Positions 39,373 through 51,859 of a stretch of 64,000 nucleotides of DNA are shown here, piece after piece; the stretch's first letter is position 1, and the number at the start of each line of letters is the position of its first letter. This DNA is from Octopus bimaculoides (lineage: Eukaryota). The notes under the pieces are model-generated. The model did no database searches. It saw nothing but the letters and a program-made list of their open reading frames with translations, and was not told where the DNA came from. The stretch lies in assembly GCF_001194135.2 (NCBI RefSeq), contig NC_068982.1, forward strand, positions 128,351,307-128,415,306, in the 5' to 3' direction. A program made the position numbers and the translations under genes.

Positions 39373-39567
39373 CGTTAATGCTACTATAACGGTTGTATGT
39401 CAGAAATGGAGAGGCAAGGCCAGCAATCATCAGAAATGGCTGAATGGAACCGTATGGCCTGGGTTCTTTGTATTCAGCTACTTCTGAGAGTTGTTGGATT
39501 TAATTTCTCATCTGAAATGATTTGGTAATTTGGTCATCATGAGACTATGATATTATATAAATAGAAA

Positions 39568-39781
39568 AATGGTGGCGAGCTGGCAGAATCGTTAGTGCAT
39601 TGGATGAAACGCTTAGCAGTATTTCGCCCATTGCCATGTCTGAATTCAAATTCCACCAAGATCGACTTTACCTTTCATTCTTTAGGAGTCGATAAAATAA
39701 GTACAGCTTTAAGACTGGGGTTGATGCAATTGACTCATCCCCTCCTCTAAAGTTACTGTCCTTGGGACAAAATTTGAAACC
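39568..39781 (+). mobile_element. Meta-domain-like SINE with 16-bp TSD
   Basis: TSD ATTATATAAATAGAAA (39552-39567, 39782-39797). Confidence 0.85.
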
Positions 39782-40609
39782 ATTATATAAATAGAAACAA
39801 TATATATACTCTGTTATCTAATATACCCACTACACTCTCTGAGTGGTTGGCATTAGGAAGGGCATCCAGTTGTAGAAACTCTGCTAAATCAGATTGGAGC
39901 CTAGTGTAGCTATCTGGTTCACCAGTCCTTGTCAAATCGTCCAACCCATGCTAGCATGGAAAGCAGATGTTAAACGATGATGATGAGGATGATGATGAGT
40001 GCCTGTTTTTTCTGATTCATGGAATTCTGTATCAGACAGCATTTATTCTATAGCTGGATGTTTTTTCTTTCACCAAACCTCACTTATTTCCAAGAAAGGT
40101 AATATTTCCTTATGGCTAAGCATATTTTTGCAGGTTATTGAAATTAGATGACACAGCTTATGTGGCAATGACAATCATTTACAACTGTCATGAGATGCAA
40201 AGATAAGAAAATACAAATATACACAAATTCCCCCCCCCACACACACACACGCACACACATGTTCACACCCCCACACATGCTCATACATACACACACATGC
40301 TTATACATACATGTGCACACGTGTGTACACACAGACACACGCACATGCACACACACACAATCCCTTTTCATGTAGGACAGAAAAAATACAAATAAATTTA
40401 AAAACTGCACTTTGCTAGCATGCTATATTTCCATTCACTTTTGATGTTTAAGCATTTGATATGTTTGTGTGTATGTGTACACAAGTGCACATAGATGTGT
40501 GTGTGTGTGTGTGTATATGAGTGAAATGTTTTATTCTTCCACCACGGTTCTTTTTCTTCTGCGTCCCCTCCTCCTACTAAGACACTTTAGCAAAACTGAA
40601 AATAAATAA

Positions 40610-40640
<31 letters not shown>

Positions 40641-40720
40641 TAAATATATATATAGACACGTTTCATGTGTTCTTATGTTTACAAGGGGGAGACAAGCACC
40701 TCCACCCAGGTAAGCCTGCA

Positions 40721-40763
40721 TCCAGAGACATGTTTCTGAGTCTTTGCTCGTCATCAGTCTGGA
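40721..40763 (-). ncRNA. Minimal type I hammerhead ribozyme motif
   Basis: Minus strand TCCAGA-CTGATGA-C-GAG-CAAAGA-CTC-A-GAAA-C-AT-G-TC-TCTGGA: 6-bp helix I, intact core, ACATGT palindrome, GUC triplet. Lies between a 16-bp inverted repeat (40672-40687 / 40770-40785). Confidence 0.75.
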
Positions 40764-40901
40764 GTATCACCCTTGTAAACATAAGGAAACAGGAAATATG
40801 TCAAGGCCAACAGGAAGCGGTGCTGCTTCCTAGGGCTAAATAGCAGTAGTATAATTCCCTTCATTGGACTGTCACATTAAGTTGACAGCATACAACTACT
40901 T

Positions 40902-40935
<34 letters not shown>

Positions 40936-41709
40936 CACATACAGATGTAGATATATGTGTGTGTGTGTGTGTGTGTGTATTAATATGTATGTATGAATAT
41001 ATGTACAGATATATACATTTATGCACAAGCTCATACACGTACACATAAATATGCACACACATAGCTTTTAACAAGTAAAATACTTCTCTTGCTACCCTGT
41101 GTTTTTGAAATGATATCCTTTTTTTGTTCTTGTTTTTGTTTTAGTGTACTCATTGTTCATGCAATCTGATCGTTAACACTGCTGCTGCTGCTGGTATCTT
41201 CAGTGTAAACAGAAAATGTAATTGTGAAACTATGGAGCACTATGAACAGTATCAATTCATTTCTGTTAGAGCAATTATATTTTGTTCCAGTGCACCTATG
41301 CCATCCATCAAAAATAACAGCATGTGGAATTGATATTTTGTTAAGTGCTTGTTATCCTTAAATTGTTTTAAAGTGTGAGATTTAATATATATTCTTTTCA
41401 TTGATATGTCTGATCTCAGTTTCATATAACAATGAAAATTGTATGATACATTATAATATAATGTAATGAATGCAATTATCAATCCTTCACTGATTATCAC
41501 TAATTTATTTATAAAACTATAAAACAATGTGCACATTATAAATAAAATCTATATTGACAAAATGACTAAGTTGCAATCTAAATTTATAATCTGTCATACT
41601 AATATCGAAATCTGCAATAATATTTACAACATTACATAATATGATTTAAGTTAAATTCATTGATAGCATTTTTTGTTTCATAATAAAGCACAGGCTTCAT
41701 TATGTTGAT

Positions 41710-42014
41710 TGGTAACAAAGTCACAGGAAAAAAAGTCATAGCAATAAAGTTACAATTATGGCTAGGAAAAAAAGTCACAATTAATTTATGGTGACCAGTA
41801 ATAAAGTCACAGGAAAAAAAGTCACAATTAATTTAAGGTGGCCGGTAATAAGGTCACAGGAAAAAAAAGTCACAATTCATTTATGGGATCCAGACAAAAC
41901 CCCTCAAGGACAAAACCCCCTCGGACTAAACCCTGCCGGACAAAACCCCTGTGACTTTTTTTCCTGTGACATTTTTTGGTGAGTTTTTTTCTATGGACTT
42001 TTTTACCTGGATTC
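41710..42014. mobile_element. DNA-transposon-like termini with arrays of short motifs
   Basis: ~47-bp units containing AAAGTCACAGGAAAAAAAGTCACA, then GGACAAAACCCC-like units x4, then inverted GTGACTTTTTTCCTGTGAC. Superfamily not determined. Confidence 0.6.
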
Positions 42015-42035
42015 TTCATTGCAACATCATATTTA

Positions 42036-43341
42036 CTAGGTGCACTCCAGAAGGTTTGAGACTTCTGAGGTGAGGCAGGTATGACTGTCCTAGATTATCG
42101 TAATTTTAGTATTATCATAACTATACATACAATAAGCTGACCTGCCAACTTTTGTCATTTCAGGCTGAAGGAGACAGCTGTAATGGTACTTTGAGCACAT
42201 CTTATTAAACACTGCTTGTTACAGCTGAGTTGTTTGTAGAATGCAGTCTGGATTAAAGTCCTGTTTTAAACTGGGTAAAAACTCTACAGAAACTTATGAA
42301 ACACTCAAGACTGCTTATGGATTGGCTTTTTCACTAGCACAAGAGGTTCAAGGCAAGTAGAGAAAAGACAAGAGACAATGAAAGGTGTGAGAGGGAGAGA
42401 GATGTCAGAAACTCAGAGCTGGTTGAGAAAATTCACAATTTTCTGGATGAAGACTACTGTGTGTCTAAAGACAATAAGCATACAGTTTGGAGTTGGTTTA
42501 GTAACTGTACCCAGAATTATTCATGAAGATCTGAACGTGTGCAAAATTTATACTTTTTACTCTTTACTCTTTTATTCTTTTACTTGTTTCAGTCATTTGA
42601 CTGGGGCCATGTTGGAGCACTGGCTTTAGTCGAGCAAATCAACTCCAGGACTTATTCTTTGTAAGCCTAGTACTTATTCTATTGGTTGTATTTTGCTGCA
42701 CTGCTAAGTTACGGGGATGTAAACACACCAGCATCAGTTGTCAAGCGATGTTGGGGAGACAAACACAGACACACTAATACATATATATATATACATATAC
42801 ATATATACGACAGGCTTCTTTCAGTTTCCGTCTACCAAATCCATTCACAAGGCTTTGCTCGGTCTGAGGCTATAGTAGAAGACACTCACCCAAGGTGCCA
42901 TGCAGTGGGACTGAACCCAGAACCATGTGGTTGGTAAGCAAGTTACTTACCACACAGCAACTCCTGCACCTGTGTAGTTTGTTCTCAGGGTGCTCAGTGG
43001 TGAGAATTTTGGTAACCAACTTCTTGGCAGAGATGGGCATCAGAACTGTGCCTTGCTCTTCTCACAGTCCAGACTTTGCTCTCTCTAACATTTGGTTGTT
43101 CCCAAAGCTGAAGGAGAACCACAGAGGCAATAAGTTTGAAGATGAAGAAGGTTCTGACAAGGGTCCTTGACACCTTCAATTTGGAGGACTTCCATGGGCC
43201 CTTCATGAAGTGGATGGAACGTTACAACAAGTGCATTGAAGTCAGGGGATCCTACTTTGAAGGAGATTAGTGTTTTGTACTTCTTTGAAATGAATAACTG
43301 TATCTCCTGAAAAAGTCTGAAAACTTCTGGAATGCAACTCA
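42036..43341 (+). mobile_element. Internally deleted mariner element interrupted by a SINE (42548-42972)
   Basis: Degenerate TIRs GTGCACTCCAGAAGGTTTGAGACTT / AAGTCTGAAAACTTCTGGAATGCAAC. IK.CFKLGKNSTETY, SHSPDFALSNIWLFPKLKE, RYNKCIEVRGSYFEGD*. Confidence 0.85.
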
Positions 43342-44197
43342 TATATTTCATACAATTTGAGAATCTCAGTTTGGTAGAATAATTACACACATGAAATATT
43401 TTTAGTTATAATCTTTTACATTATGAGTTCAAATCCTGCCAGGATCCACTTTGCCTTTTATCCTTCTGAGGCCAATAAATAATGTACCATGAAAAATTCT
43501 TGGGGTTGATATAGTCAACAGTTCTCTTGCCACCAGAAAAAAAAAATTCTTGCCTTTTATGCTTATGAAATAAATTTATGTAAAGTGCAATTTTTTCATC
43601 TCACATTATGGTAAGTGAGCAATAAATAGTATTGAATTTCATATTACATTTCAAACAGCTGCAGTCTAGCAATTTATTCACATTATTTCATAATGTGATA
43701 GACAATTTAGTTTACAGCAATATGTACACTTTATGCTATTTCATAGAATGCAGTTTACAATAATATTTATATAATTTCACAATATGATATAGATTGTAGT
43801 TTTCAGAAACACTCACAGTATATTATAATATTGAACAGATTAAAGTTTACATCAAATATTTACAACATTCTTCGTGAGATATAAGCTGCAGAATAGGACA
43901 AATCAATCCTTTTACTATATTTTGAGATGCATTATTTGTGGATTAAATCTAAAAGTTCTCAAAGAATAATTTTGTTATTAATTAGTAACTTTCTGACTTT
44001 ACTATTCTTAGGTCTACTTTGTGCCATATATAGTTGGCTATGACTAAATACAGACTTTGGTAAATATATTTAAACTATAGCAATTGACTGATCTTAAAGC
44101 TTGTTTATTGCCACAACAAAGGAAAGGATGATAGAGAACTGCTTTCTTTTCAGTGTATAGGGCAGGGCTGAATCTCTTGAAGTTAAATGCACTTTAA

Positions 44198-44414
44198 CCC
44201 TTTTGATACCAACCGACCCACCCAAAACCTCCCTTGGTTCTATGATACAAACTTCCTATACTAAAGTGATCTAAATTAAGATTTTCCATCAAAATTTCAT
44301 GTTAATTTATGTTCCAAATATCAGTTTAATAACAACAGAGTTGTTTTAATCAATTTTTCAAAATTAACTGAGACAAATGCTGAGTAGTTAAAAAGAAATG
44401 TGGTAACAAAAAGG
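44198..44414. mobile_element. piggyBac-type MITE (family 2) inserted in the Helitron
   Basis: TTAA|CCCTTTTGATACCA...TGGTAACAAAAAGG|TTAA. Confidence 0.85.
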
Positions 44415-44592
44415 TTAAGTTTTAATACATTCTCATCTTTTCTGCAGCCAATGATAATTTCTACTTATACAGTGGCTTACAAAGACTCTGGAAAATAAGT
44501 CTAGTACCATTTATTACATTTTTCCTAGGTCTAAGGTTATGTATCAACATTATATTTGAACCTACTTTTAGCTTAAACTCACGGGGAGGGAA

Positions 44593-44626
<34 letters not shown>

Positions 44627-45439
44627 ATATCATCATCATCATCATTTAACGTCTGTTGTCCATGCTGGCATGGGTTGGATGGTCTGATCAGGGCTGGCAA
44701 GCTGAAAGGCTACACCAGACTCCAGTCTGATTTGGCATGGATTCTATGGCTGGATGCCCTTCCTAATGCCAAGTAAATTGGTTTGAAATTTCTGTGTTCA
44801 TTCACAACTTACCCATCATCTCTGCCTGCAATGGTGTCTCCTCTCTCATATTCAGTCTTTTCACCTAGCAAAAAGACTCATAAATCTCTTAATATTGGGA
44901 TTATTTTCTTTTAAATTGTAATCGTTATAAACATTGTCAAGGAAAATTCTCATATAACCCTTTGTTATATCACATCTGATACTATTTCAAAGATGTTTGC
45001 ATCTAAATCATTTTCGTTACATCATTTCCTGTCTGCAACAACCACTAGTTGACTGTTATGTTGCCATGTGATCTCATGCTGAAGGAGAGTCTGAGAGACT
45101 TCACATACTTCCATACTGGTGAGTACATGTTGGTATTGGAACCTCTTGGTACTAGACATACCATTTGACAAAAGATTCCACTAAAAAGTATTTTTCTCTA
45201 TTCCTGATTATGGCTTTTCACAGAATAGTTATTATATGCTCTGTGATACCCAAAAGCATTGGAATTGTATCTATGAACATCAGAGTAATATTTTAAAAAC
45301 AATCTTTTGAGGACATTTGCATGGATCATAATGATATTTCAATGGTGGCTACAGGGATATGGAGTCCACTGTAAGCTGTCTTGACATCTTGTTGCAAATC
45401 AGCAGCAATGTCAGTTATTGCTTAAGGAAGAACATTCCT

Positions 45440-45474
<35 letters not shown>

Positions 45475-48400
45475 CATTTAACATCCATGTTCCATGCTAG
45501 CGTAGGTTATCCTAAAGGTGTGTTGTGCAGGTATGTTTTACTTGTCTCCCTCCCCCCACTCCTTCCAGGGGCCATCAAGGAAGTAGAGTTGATGTTCTGC
45601 ATCCTTATCTAAACTTTCTATGATACTGTCAAATATGTGACATTGCTGTCCATTTAATATTTGTATTTTAATATCAGCATCAGTAGCATTCTCCACATGA
45701 ACTTCATTGATATCCTCACACTCAGGTAATTCGAAGTTGTGACAACACAGACTGCGGTTAATAAGTTTTCCTTGAATATCATGTCATGCAAAGTTGTGAG
45801 CTTTATCACTTGTTTTGCCCACTGTTATGAAATCCTACATAAACTTCTGGAATTGTCAAAGAGGATCACTGGTCTATTTAGAGTACGATATAATCTTTTA
45901 TCTTTTATGTTTTACTTGTTTTAGTTATTGTACTGCAGCCATATTGGGGCACCACTTTGAAAGGTTGTTGAACAAATCAACCCCAGTATCTATTTTTATG
46001 TTCGGTACTTATTTTATTGGTCTCTTTTACTGAACCTATAAATTATGAAGACATAAACAAACCAACATTGGTTGTCAAGCAGTAAAGATGACAAACATAA
46101 ACACACAAATAAACATTCATATAGGTACATGAATATATATGATTAGCTTCCTTACAGTTTCCATCGATCAATTCACAAGGTATTGGTCACCCAATGTGCT
46201 ATACGGTAGGACTGAACCTGAAACTACAAGATGCAAAACAATATTCTTAACCATATAGCCACCTAATAGCAAAATATCCTCTCAGTTAGGGAGGTATTCT
46301 GACTTTTTACTGTTTATGATATACATCACACCCGTTCTTCATCATTATTTAGCTGAATTCTGTTTCCAGTTACTACTTTTGTAAGTGCTGTGATACCACA
46401 GTCATTAGTGCAAATGTCTTCAAAGCTTTTGGCACCTTTTACATGGAATAATAATTTAAAAATATGTTTCCTTTGGATCTTCTGCATATATTCAAGGGAT
46501 TATTTTATCTCTTCCATATATTCTCTGTTTCTATGTTATTCTTTTGTCAAATACACAATAGTAAGGAATTTTAAAGCCTGATATCAGTTTCATTTAGTGT
46601 GGAGCATGCCATAAAAGGGGTATTTCTGTTTTGGGTATTCTGGAATGGTTCTCTTTCAACACCTTTGAGAAAGTAAAATGGTTGTTTATGTTCATGATTA
46701 ATAGGAGACAATTGTGCTCTATCATGCATTTTATATTACAGCTACCTCCAAATAGTTTTTGGATAACTGACACAATGGCCATTTATGTACTGTGTAATTT
46801 CTTCATGAATAAAACATTGCATTCTCATATTTGCACCTGGGCACAGTTTATATACATATCTGAAGATACATTTCACAGAATGAGAAAATTTCAATACTCA
46901 TGAGGCAGCTGTACCTGTTGTAAGATGTATGTTGTCTTGTATAATATTTGGATTGTTAAATTGACCACCAACTTAACATACTAGTGTATAGAAGGTATAC
47001 CCTCTGCATAGGCTGTTGTGCTATTTCTAAAGTTTTTGAGAAATACTTTTAAGAATTTATTATTCTCTTTAGAAAGTGAAAAATGCCACATATTTGTCAT
47101 TCTTTTTGAATAGGCACAGGTTGTCTGTATTGCTAAGAAGCTTGCTTCCCAACCATTTGGTCTTGGGTTCAGTTCCATTGTGTGGCATCTTGGGAAAGTG
47201 TCTTCTACTATAGCTGACCAAAGTCTTGTGGGTGAATTTGGCTGATAGAAACTGAAAGAAGCAGGTTGTATGCATATATGTGTGCGTGTGTATTTCCTTG
47301 TCTTACTATCATGTGATGATAGTAAATGAGCATCACAGTCATAAAAGTGATGTTTATTTTCAGTCATCAGTGAAAAATCATGCCTGACAATGGAGAATTG
47401 GAAACTGGTGAGAGTTGGTGACAGAAATAGCATCTAACTATAGAATATCTACCTCAACAAATTCTGTCTGGACCATGCAAACATGGAAAAGTGAACACAA
47501 AATGATGGTAAATGTTGTAGAGATTTGACTCTCTTTATGGTTTTAGAATCTCTTCAAATAATTTTTATCATTTTCAGTGGAAACATTTAAAATCGTTATT
47601 TTGTTATATTATGAGTATTCAAGCATGAAGTACTTGGTCTTGAAATTCAGTGGAATAACAGAAGCTTGGACAGATGCAAAGCAGAATTTTGTTACTATGT
47701 CTTCAAATAGTGAATTTAAATTGAATTTGAATACTTAAGATACCAGATCAGAATGATCTGAGATATTTTGTCCCAGAAATTTTAATGTAGACTATGATGG
47801 GTTGTATGTCATAGTAGCAAAATTACAATCAGGTTTTCCATATTTTGACACCATTTCTACTGCATTGTAGAAATGCTCTTTGAAGGTCCCTGAAATGAAG
47901 ATGATAATATCTCCATACACCCATCTTGTACTTCTTTATTTGCAAGGAGATTAGTATGACCTGTGAAATTTTCTGCTCAAGTGAAGGCATGGCTGTGTGG
48001 TAAAGAGCTTGCTTTCCAACCACATGGTTTCAGGTTCACTCCTGCAGTGTGACACCTCAGGCAAGTGTCTTCTGCTGTAACCTTTGGCCAACTAAAGTCT
48101 TGTGAGTTTATTTGGTGGACAGAAACTGAAAAGAGCCTGTGTGTCAGCGTTTGTGTGTGTGTGTATGTGTGCGTGCGTGCATGAGTGTATGTGTGTGTGT
48201 GTGCGTGTGTATATGCATGCGTGTGCATGTGCATGTGTGTGTGTGTGCATGCGTGATACTGTATCCTTACCTTGACATTGTATGATAGTTGTAAACGAGT
48301 GTTATCACGATGCAAGCAGTGTCTTTCATTTCCAATCTTCTGTGAAAACATGTCTGGTCATGGGGAAATATTACCTTACTTAGAAACCAGTGAGAGTTGG

Positions 48401-48907
48401 TAACAAGCATTGCATTTGGCTATAGAAAGTCTACCTCAACAAATTCCAGAGAAGTGGGCATTAAACTGAATGATGACAGTTTAAATTATAAGCTTAGTGA
48501 CAACTTGTAAGATCTAATATTTAAATTGATAAAATGAAGATGATCTATCTGGTTAGCTCATAAAATATTTCAGATATTCTTGAAAACATCACCATTGAGG
48601 AAACTGAACATTACACAGTTATTAAGCCATTTGTAGACTTAACAAGAAAATACTCTGCTCTACAAAATTGAGATATGACATGAAATTCTCCATAGAAATT
48701 TAATGTAATGTATCATTTTCTGAAGCAGTATTTATTTATGAAAATGGTCAAATCATACTCGCTTCATATTCTCATCATTATATTTCCTGATATTTTTATC
48801 ACCTTTTGTTTTATTTTTTCATTCTGTCAGCTGCTCACATATTTGTATTTGCTCACCATATAACACTTTGTTCTCAAGTTTCATCTTGTAATATTGTTAC
48901 AACACTA

Positions 48908-49117
48908 AGGCGGTGAGCTGGCAGAATTGTTAGCACGCAGGATGAAATGCTTAGCAGTATTTCGTCTCTCTTTACGTTTTGAGTTCAAATTCCGCCAAGG
49001 TTGACTTTACCTTTCATCGTTTTGGGATCGATAAATTAAGTACCAGTTGCATACTGTGGTCAATCTAATCTGGCCCCCTCCCCCAAAATTTCGGACCTTG
49101 TGCCTAGAGTAGAAATG
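48908..49117 (+). mobile_element. Meta-domain-like SINE with 17-bp TSD
   Basis: TSD AATATTGTTACAACACT (48890-48906, 49118-49134). Confidence 0.9.
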
Positions 49118-49464
49118 AATATTGTTACAACACTTTGTGTTTAGTTATCTATTCTTTCTCTTTGTTCTTAATTTTCTAATCTTGAAGCAGCTTTTTGTTT
49201 TAAATCATTAATTCTTTGATTTCTTTACACTTCACTCTAATTAGCAAATCTTACTGCTATTATTTGCCTAATTTCTAATTCTTCTATTCTTATTTCTCTT
49301 TGCTTTTCAGTTTCATTTTGCATCCTAATTGCTGCTGCTTTGTGTATTCCTTTTGCTCTGATTCCTCTCTCTTTCTTCATTGACAGCTGTCTCAATTCTC
49401 TTCACATGACTCTATATTGCTGTATTTTCCTATGAACTACCTTGGGTGCCAATATCATCTGAAG

Positions 49465-49671
49465 TAATAAGGCAGAAACGTTAGCACACCGGGCGAAATG
49501 CTTAGCAGTATTTCGTCTGTCTTTAAGTTCTGAGTTCAAATTCCGTTGAGCTCGGCTTTGCCTTTCATCCTTTCGGGGATCAATAAATTAAGTACCAGTT
49601 GCATACTGGTCTCAATCTAATCAACTGGCCCCCTCCTCCAAATTTTGAGCTTTGTGCCTAGAGTAGAAAGG
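49465..49671 (+). mobile_element. Meta-domain-like SINE with 14-bp TSD
   Basis: TSD AATATCATCTGAAG (49451-49464, 49672-49685). Confidence 0.9.
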
Positions 49672-50100
49672 AATATCATCTGAAGCAGTGACTGTATCTT
49701 GAGTTCATCCTGTTGCTGTTGCATATATAATCTGATTAGCACAATAGAGTATCATGTATTTAACTCTTGCTGTACATTGTCTATAACATAGCAGGATCTG
49801 GCCAGATTCAAAACTCGATATTCAGAATCTTTGGGTGTGCATTGTTTCTTATTTGTTTACTAGCCGACCAACAAAAGTTTTTCAGCAAGTCCAGTTAAAC
49901 AAATCAGCTGTGTCAATTTGATCTTTCTATTTCATGTTTCTCCTTTGCAATGATGATTATTAAAGCAAAAAATGATAGTTAATGTATGGCTTTTGAGATA
50001 GGAACATATCCGAGACACTTCGCTATTGCCCAGCATAGGAGGGTAGCAGTGGCAACAGTATTGGCAACAACATTACTTGCATAATATTGTCTAACATATA

Positions 50101-50320
50101 AGATGGTGAGCTGGCAGAAACATTGGTGTGCTCAGTGATACTTCATCTGTCTTTACTTTCTAAGTTCAAATTCCACTGAGGTCGACTTTGCCTTTCATCC
50201 CTTTGCGGTTGATAAATTAAATGCCAGTTGTGTACTGGGGTTGATCTAATCGACTGGCCCCCAACCCATGCTAGCATGGAAAGCGGACGTTAAACGATGA
50301 TGATGATGATGATGATGATG
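50101..50320 (+). mobile_element. Chimera: Meta-domain-like SINE 5' part joined to an RTE 3' terminus
   Basis: SINE sequence runs to ATCGACTGGCCC (50260), then switches to CCAACCCATGCTAGCATGGAAAGCGGACGTTAAAC(GAT)n. Confidence 0.85.
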
Positions 50321-51859
50321 TTACAGAAAATTCCTAACCATTATGTTTGTTTCATGAACATTATTCTGTAAATATAAACAATGTGGTTAAAAAAATATAT
50401 GAAAATTCAATATTAATGTGGTCATTATTGTCTTCATATCTAATAGCCTATCTAATATTGTGAACTACCAGCAAAGAATTTATGACTTAAACAACACACT
50501 AAACCCTCTTTTTAGCATTTAATATAAACAAAGAATACTTATCTATTAGTCCTTAAAAAAACACTCCCACATTCTTGTTCTCAACAACATATAACCATAA
50601 CTCTTAATTGGAAATCAAAGCAACATTTGAACAGAATCTACACCTTTTATAATTAGAAATAGTGAACCCTTACTTTTGGACAAATCTAAATGTTATTTAA
50701 TTTCTGAACACATTATAGTTGGTGACTCAACAAAATACAATGCCAGTTACCCAAAGGATACAGTTGAAAATTATTCTTTATCGTTCACATGTTGCCTGAA
50801 GTTTCAAAAATCATTGACAAAGAAAACACCTCTGGTGGTTATGTTTCCACCACTTTTGAAAAACAGAAAGATGTTAAATGCCTCATGCCTACAGGACTAT
50901 GTATTGGACAGATTTTTATCTTGTTTACATTTCATTAATTTTTGCCAAATGTTTGCACTGATTTCCTTTTTCTTTTTCAGTTGTTATATTAATCATTGAA
51001 ATCTTTTTACCTGACTCAACATGTTCCTTCCTAGACTGCCACTCATTATTTACATACCTCTTTCTCCTGGATAGATTTCTCTGGTATTTGATTTTTGCTT
51101 TATTTTTGTGCACTCAACCTCATATGTATTGATAAGTATACAAGCACAACACCTGGCATTTTACAGTCTAAAATTTTCACTGTTACCATGCAACTTAGCA
51201 TTCATGTGAAACATATATTTCACCTTTCTATAGACCCACTTGTATGAAATTTCATGTTATATTCAATTCCAGTAGACACCCCTGCTTGTAACTCGTGAAC
51301 ACATCTCACAAATCTTTCTTTCATTTAGTGCATAGATCCATAAAACTCTCATTTGCATCTGGTTTGTGTTTATATGGTACATTATTATTTTTTTTTTTTT
51401 GCTGACTCACCATCTTTTTTCACTCAATCCCATTAACCTTATAACTCAGTTGGATTTCCACTTTTCATTCTTTGGCATAGGTGCAGTTTGTTTTCTTGGG
51501 ACATGGCCAATGCTGCAGTACATCTGTGATTTTCTTATATCAGTTTTCCATATAAGCTTGTACAATGCTACTACAATATACATACAAGTAAATGCCTTCA
51601 TATATTAGCAGTTAATCTCCAGTTTTAAGCATATTTTAATGTGAACCCACAAACAGTGGACATCCTCAACTGATATTTCAAAAAATTTACATGGATACAG
51701 CAATCATCAATTGATTCCCAGGTAATTATTCCTCAAATGCACCTAGGTGTAAGTGACCCTTATAGCTTTAGTTAAGCTATACACAAAAGTTAACGGAGAG
51801 CCAGAATGTGTTAGTGAAAGATTTATATAGTTGAACACATGAGGGTGACAGCTACCAAT

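Larger units (their letters stand above)
43900..49900 (-). pseudogene. Near full-length fossil Helitron RepHel ORF
   Basis: Collinear motifs: charged ETEKQRE..R repeats (~49150-49400), Cys-rich region and NIRSY (~48500-48700), MVSKYGKPD (47827-47857), Rep HUH-like TEFQDQVLHA*ILII (47608-47652), SVKCIFRYVYK, EEITQYING..VS, KGAKSFED, Walker A region LYFLDGP...KTYL (45531-45587), GFPPREFKLKVGSNIMLIHNL..NGTRL (44500-44594), INK...IYLPKSVFSHSQLY (44035-44120). The upstream boundary is uncertain. Confidence 0.85.

Noticed and set aside
50631-50999. 122-codon open frame on the plus strand
   Set aside because: AT-biased composition, no recognisable motif, and a length roughly expected by chance in a window this size.
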